This document shows, piece by piece, positions 58,476 to 64,000 of a DNA stretch of 64,000 nt. A model generated the notes under the pieces. It was not told where the DNA came from. It worked only from the letters and a program-made list of their open reading frames with translations, and did no database searches. The stretch lies in contig OZ024743.1 of NCBI GenBank assembly GCA_964016885.1, positions 245,396,001 to 245,460,000 of the forward strand, given 5' to 3'. This DNA is from Eledone cirrhosa (taxonomy: Eukaryota). The stretch's first letter is position 1, and every line of letters starts with the position of its first letter. A program made the position numbers and the translations under genes.

Positions 58476-60229
58476 TATATATATATATATATATATACGA
58501 CATCCTTCTGCAGTTTCCTTCTACCAAATTCCACTCAAAGAACATTGGTAAAGTCAAGGCTATCATAGAAGACACTTGTCCAAGGCTTCACACAGAAGAA
58601 GTAAATCCAAAACCATGTGATTGCGAGCCCAACTCTTTAACCACGCAGCTATACTTGTGCTTAGAAAAAAAAAGTTGAATTTGGAGGATTTGAACTTAGA
58701 GTCTTAATACCACATTTTTTCCGATGCTCCAAACGTCTGCCTTGAAATTAAAATATCCTTAAGCTGGAAGTTGAACCTGGATCGACTGCTTGGGAGGCGA
58801 CCGTTCTAATTATACAACCGACGCTGTTGTGTTCTCCGTAAATAACTTATTTATATTGCTTAACAAAATAAAAGTTGCCATACTCAGTGTTGGGGTGGTC
58901 TGTCATATGGTCTAGCCTGGGTGGTAGCCGGTAAAATGGTCTGCATAGTTGAGTGTTGGCGTTAAAGAATTCTGTATTTTTACTTTATTTCACATTCAGC
59001 ATTCATGTCATAACGTTTTGTCAGTTAAATAATGGAGGCTACCATTGTTGGGCTGAGATTAGGGCAGCGGTTCCATATATTAAAAATATATGTACATGCT
59101 ATTGTATATTCATCTCTAAGTATAAACAAATGTTGGTTGTTATTCTCACCATATAACAATTTGTGAAGGGAATTATTGCAGCGGAGTGTCTATAGAAAAA
59201 TTCATTTTAAATAATAGGGGGCTTTGGTTGTGCAAACCGACCCTGTGACCTGATATTTAATCCTGTAGCAATGTAAAATCAAAGGTTATACCCAGAAATA
59301 AGGAAACGCTAGTGGGGGGAATTTGAAATCATGACTTAGTAGTCCAAGATGTTATTCATTCGTCCATTTTACAGCTTACTAACTTGACCTTAATGAATTG
59401 TAGAAGTCAGTCAGTTGAAAAGATCATAAAAGAAATATGTCCACTAAACGACTGATATCCTAGAGTATTTCTCAATTTCTAAAGTTCTTCATCTCATTTT
59501 ATCTTATATTTTTCATGGAGAAATAGTGAAGCAGACTTAATTTCCCTTCCTTCTCTTTTTCTTTAATTCTTTTTTCTTCATAAATCTGGAAACCAATACA
59601 GTACAACGACAAAGAAAAACTCATCGTATAAAGTATGCAATCTTATCACAATTCTTAGCTATAATATTTCAATTTATATAAGTATCTTTTTTTAGGCACG
59701 CGAACAACAAATATTTAAAATATCAAATACTATTAACAATTTTGGTTATTTTGAACCAAAGAGCCATGGAATAACACAATTAATGAGACTATTAGCCTCA
59801 ACCTGTATATTATTGTAATTGCATATTATAAATCAAAGATTCTATTAACAAAATATCCAGGATATATATATCTGTGGAATGTTCAATTGCAAATTAAATC
59901 CATGAGCAGGTTGTTCTGTTGATAGCATCAGCTGAAAAACTCGTCAGCGGTTCAACAATAAAACAATAACAACGGACGTCCAACAACAAGAATAAAAACG
60001 GAAGACCATAACACCACCAACAACAACCTAGTGTGCGTCGTGTAGAATTGAATACAAAAACAGGCAACAAATATAGTAGCTTTCTCTGCGAGTATTGCTT
60101 GCAGAACCATCATGCTTGAGAAGTGGACAAAGGAAGTACTCCGCAAAGTTAGTCAATATCCCCTTAGTTAGAGACCAAAAGGATTGACTGTAGTTTGGGA
60201 GGGAGAAAGAGAACTTGCGGACTGTACTA

Positions 60230-61180
60230 TGCATAGAGGCTTCTTTCGTTCTTAGATGCCAAAGCTTCTGTACATCTGCCACAGAGCCTCCTGTTACAGT
60301 TACGCATCTCTTCACACAGATCGCGACATCTGCATCCGACGGAGTTATGTGACGTTCGGTTTGATGACACCAGATGGCAACAGGCCACCCTACCCATCAG
60401 ATATGTTGGCCTCGGTCTCCGGTTTCCAGTCTAATTGGCCTTGCCGGCCTTTCTTTCGTCGGTGACCTTTTGCCGTGTCCTCATCAACAGTGTTCTTCAC
60501 AACACAACGGATCCTACTGTGATCGGGGAACGTGACATGGAACAAGCTCGGCCTCCACCCTGCAGACGTCCATCCCCACTCCGCTTTGTAGACGACCATT
60601 CTTCCAAAACCAAATGAGACGCCATCCAGTGCAGCATGACATCGGACAGGCTGGTGCGCCAGCTTGACCAGCACCGTCCGGCACGTTTTCGCACAAATTT
60701 CCAGCTCCACAATGACTGTTTGCGCAACAGTGTTTCCCTGAGGCTCGACCTCCGGGTCTGTGAGCCTCAGAAATTCCACTGCAACTCCACTGTGGACTCT
60801 TTCGTAATCCACCCATTGTCGTGCCGTTATAATGCTGGCCACCTCCGCGCCATGCTGCTCTCAACGAGACCGTGAAGCACAGCCTGGATAATGCAGGCTT
60901 CCCTTTTCAGCTTGAGCAAGTGGGGTTGGACCGAGGGGACAATAAAAGGCTAGACGGCATGACAATATTCCCGTTTCGTGGCGGTATGCCCCTCATTTAG
61001 GAATGTTCATGTTGTGACACCTTCTCTAGCAGCAACCTGGTGTGTTCGGCTACCAGCCCACAGGCTCTGCCGCTCACCAGGCCGAAGAGGATAAACTGTC
61101 CGTGTATCGACCGCTCTACGATAGGTTTGTGGTAGAGCCTGTATCAGTGGAGACTTCCAGCGTTCTTGGCTACCTGCAAG
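60230..61180 (+). pseudogene. CRE-like RLE retrotransposon 3' fragment
   Basis: Across frames: WQQATLPIRYVGLGLR, HPLSC, GDNKRLDGMTIFPF, AAHQAEEDK..Y..FVVEPVSVETS. Confidence 0.6.
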
Positions 61181-61841
61181 AGCGAGCCCCACGACCTGGA
61201 GTGTTTGTTTCTGCGCGTTTCACTCGCCAACCTCCGAGGCAATTTCTTCTACATTTTATCGGCTGGGACCACGAGGCGGATTAATCCTTAAACTGTGAAG
61301 AGTAAACATTCTATGTTTTTGTCGTCAACAGAACTACAACTGTAACGTCGAAATTATTTGCCACACATGCATACGTACATGCAAACAGACAATCTCCCGT
61401 ATGTGTGTGTGTCTGTATATCTAGCGATATACGGTACGTTTACGAATAAACATTTGAAAGCCTTAGATCGCTAGATATACAAATACCAATATATATATGC
61501 AAGAACGAACACTTTAATTATATATATATATATATATATGTGTGTGTGCGTGTGTGCGTGGAGGGAGTCGTAGGGCCACTGTATTGACATACCTCGTTTC
61601 TAGGGAATTAAGTTGGCGGAGTCCAATCTTCTACAGGTCTGAATATAGCAGATTTCTTCCAGAGAAGGCTAAAGAGTGGGAAAAGGGAAGTGAAGAAGAG
61701 ACACAGAGGAAGAATTTGCCCCAGTACTAGAATGGTAATTTTTTAAGGATGAAAGTCAAAGTTGACCTCGGCGAGATTTGAACTCAGTGAACAGAGCGCC
61801 GAATCGAATACCTCAAAGCATTTTACCCGACGATCTAACGG

Positions 61842-61903
<62 letters not shown>

Positions 61904-61908
<5 letters not shown>

Positions 61909-61987
61909 AACGAGTAGGACCCCGACGGCTGAGCCCAAGCCGTTTCGACGGCTTGGGCTCAGCCGTCGGGGTCCTACTCGTTCCTAT
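61904..61987. repeat. Perfect GC-rich 40-bp-arm hairpin with TTCG loop
   Basis: ataggaacgagtaggaccccgacggctgagcccaagccgt ttcg followed by its reverse complement. Lies between (TA)n tracts. Confidence 0.9.
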
Positions 61988-62059
61988 TACCCACTCTACT
62001 ACCCTAAGTATTGAGTACTTTGGTGCGTTATGGTCCACCTGGTTCCGTACCACAACTCC

Positions 62060-62281
<222 letters not shown>

Positions 62282-62289
62282 ATATATAT

Positions 62290-62490
<201 letters not shown>

Positions 62491-62536
62491 AATAATGGAG
62501 CTGCAGCGCTGCAAATGGGTTACATATGAAAAAGTT

Positions 62537-62641
62537 TGTCCTCATCAGTGGCCTTCCAACCGTCGTAGGCATTTCGTCGCATTAAAGGCCATATACCTCA
62601 GGTTGGTGCGAGCAACGGCTAAAAAAAAAGTCGTTGGGACA
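62537..62641 (-). ncRNA. Permuted hammerhead, third copy of the 30-kb family
   Basis: Minus strand: tgtcc..tcgc a ccaacc tg aggta TA tggcctt taat gcga c GAAA tgcct acgac ggttgg aaggcca CTGATGA ggaca. Confidence 0.65.
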
Positions 62642-62764
62642 CGTAAATAAAGGGGACGCTAGGGTAAACAAACAAAATGGTTTAAGCAGCAGAAAGATAT
62701 ATATATATATATATATATAATTTCTTTAAATTTAAAGAATTTAAATATAACTATAATAATAAGT

Positions 62765-62816
<52 letters not shown>

Positions 62817-62822
<6 letters not shown>

Positions 62823-63110
62823 TGTGAGTTCAATACTCAGACCGGGTGATGTGTTGTTTCCTTGAGCAAGACACTTTATTTCACATTGCTCCAGTTTACT
62901 CACCTGTAGAAATGAGATGATAGGCACTGGGGTCCATATCATTCCACTGCAAAGTGGTCGTGGAGGTGCCACGGCAAAAAAGCACCCACCACTCACTGTA
63001 AAATGAGGTTGGTGTTAGGAAGGGCATCCAGCTGTAGAAATCAAGCCAGCATCAGTTCCCGTCCCACCCTTGCAAGCAGGGAAAAAGCGGACGTAAAATG
63101 AAATGATTAA
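62817..63110 (+). mobile_element. Second SINE family (tRNA head, RTE-like tail)
   Basis: gagttcaat B-box, ccttgagcaagacactttatttcac core, ggaagggcatccagctgtagaaa, (GAT)n end. Related pieces at ~48500-48790 and ~58500-58650 (minus). Confidence 0.6.
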
Positions 63111-63143
63111 ATGATGATGATGATATATATATATATATATACA

Positions 63144-63189
<46 letters not shown>

Positions 63190-63197
<8 letters not shown>

Positions 63198-64000
63198 GTA
63201 TCCACAGTAAGTTGTGAGGTCTATTCTGCATGAAGAACTCGATGTAATCCATATGTTGAAAATGTTGTAGGTTAAGATAAATCCCGGAAAACAATAAAAT
63301 ATTAAAAGGAAAACAGAGTCATGATATAAGTTAAAACAATGAAATAAAAAAATCAAGTCATTAGAGATATACTTCACTGCTTTACGATCGTTTCTAGGTG
63401 ATGATAATACATTGTAGCTATACTCCGTTATTGATCTATGTAAGGTTAGTTAAAAATATCAGATAAAGAGAATATTTACTTACATGCATATCACCAGCTG
63501 TTTTCAAAAGCAATAATAATTTTATTCAGAATTAGTAGTATGTTAGTATCATGTCCTTATTTGGAGTGGTTGAAGAACTAACCAATCAAATTGTTTTTTT
63601 CATATGGTGTTAAGATGAAAAGTAATACACTTTAGTTGAGGTCATGACCTTTGAAAGGAATGGTTGAATGGTGTTAATAGTAGAATTGGCATAAAAATCT
63701 ATTAGGAGGAAAGGGATTGTCAAACTGATAGTTGAATGTATCTGGTATAGTGAAGTTTAAAATGTAAAAAAACTATTGGACAAATCCCCAAAAAATTCTT
63801 TGAAATTCTACATAAACATTTTCCACCAAACCACAAATACCACCAAATATTTAACAAATATACTGGTTAATTCTCATACTCTACATCAAACAATCTCCAG
63901 CAAAAAATAAGTAACTACAACATTTATAAACTTTAAAATAATATGACTACACCACCACAACATAATTTAAATAGGATTGCACCTTTTAAAAAGGCAAATA
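63190..64000. mobile_element. Decayed relative of PLE B: inverted pLTR then ORF fragment
   Basis: 63790-63920 translates to [22 protein letters not shown], compared with [22 protein letters not shown] in PLE B. A decayed long-stem-II HHR lies at 63374-63516 (minus). Confidence 0.7.

Noticed and set aside
60390-60864. Minus-strand ORFs of 116-150 aa
   Set aside because: They are antisense shadows of the decayed plus-strand CRE-like fragment.

Overview
This is a repeat-saturated, AT-rich animal (eukaryotic) window. The SINE and microsatellite content suggests an octopus/cephalopod, but that is inference. I found no host protein-coding exon. The real coding content is all transposable element: R4/Dong-like and CRE-like RLE retrotransposons, two Tx1/L1-clade LINEs (one near full length), at least four Penelope-like element (PLE) families with RT and/or GIY-YIG sequence, a split mariner, RTE fragments, hAT/Tc1-type MITEs and tRNA-SINEs. 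The unexpected signal is RNA-level: about 20 hammerhead ribozyme (HHR) motifs can be folded by eye. Many lie in ORF-less fold-back palindromes, with two back-to-back HHRs inserted in (TA)n tracts. Some have 100+ nt stem II insertions. Four copies from two sequence-divergent families (30.3k, 30.6k, 62.5k; 53.2k) fold into a complete hammerhead whose three core strands are in a non-circularly permuted, pseudoknotted order, with helix sequences that differ between families while pairing is kept. All folds and boundaries are manual, and none has been computed or tested.
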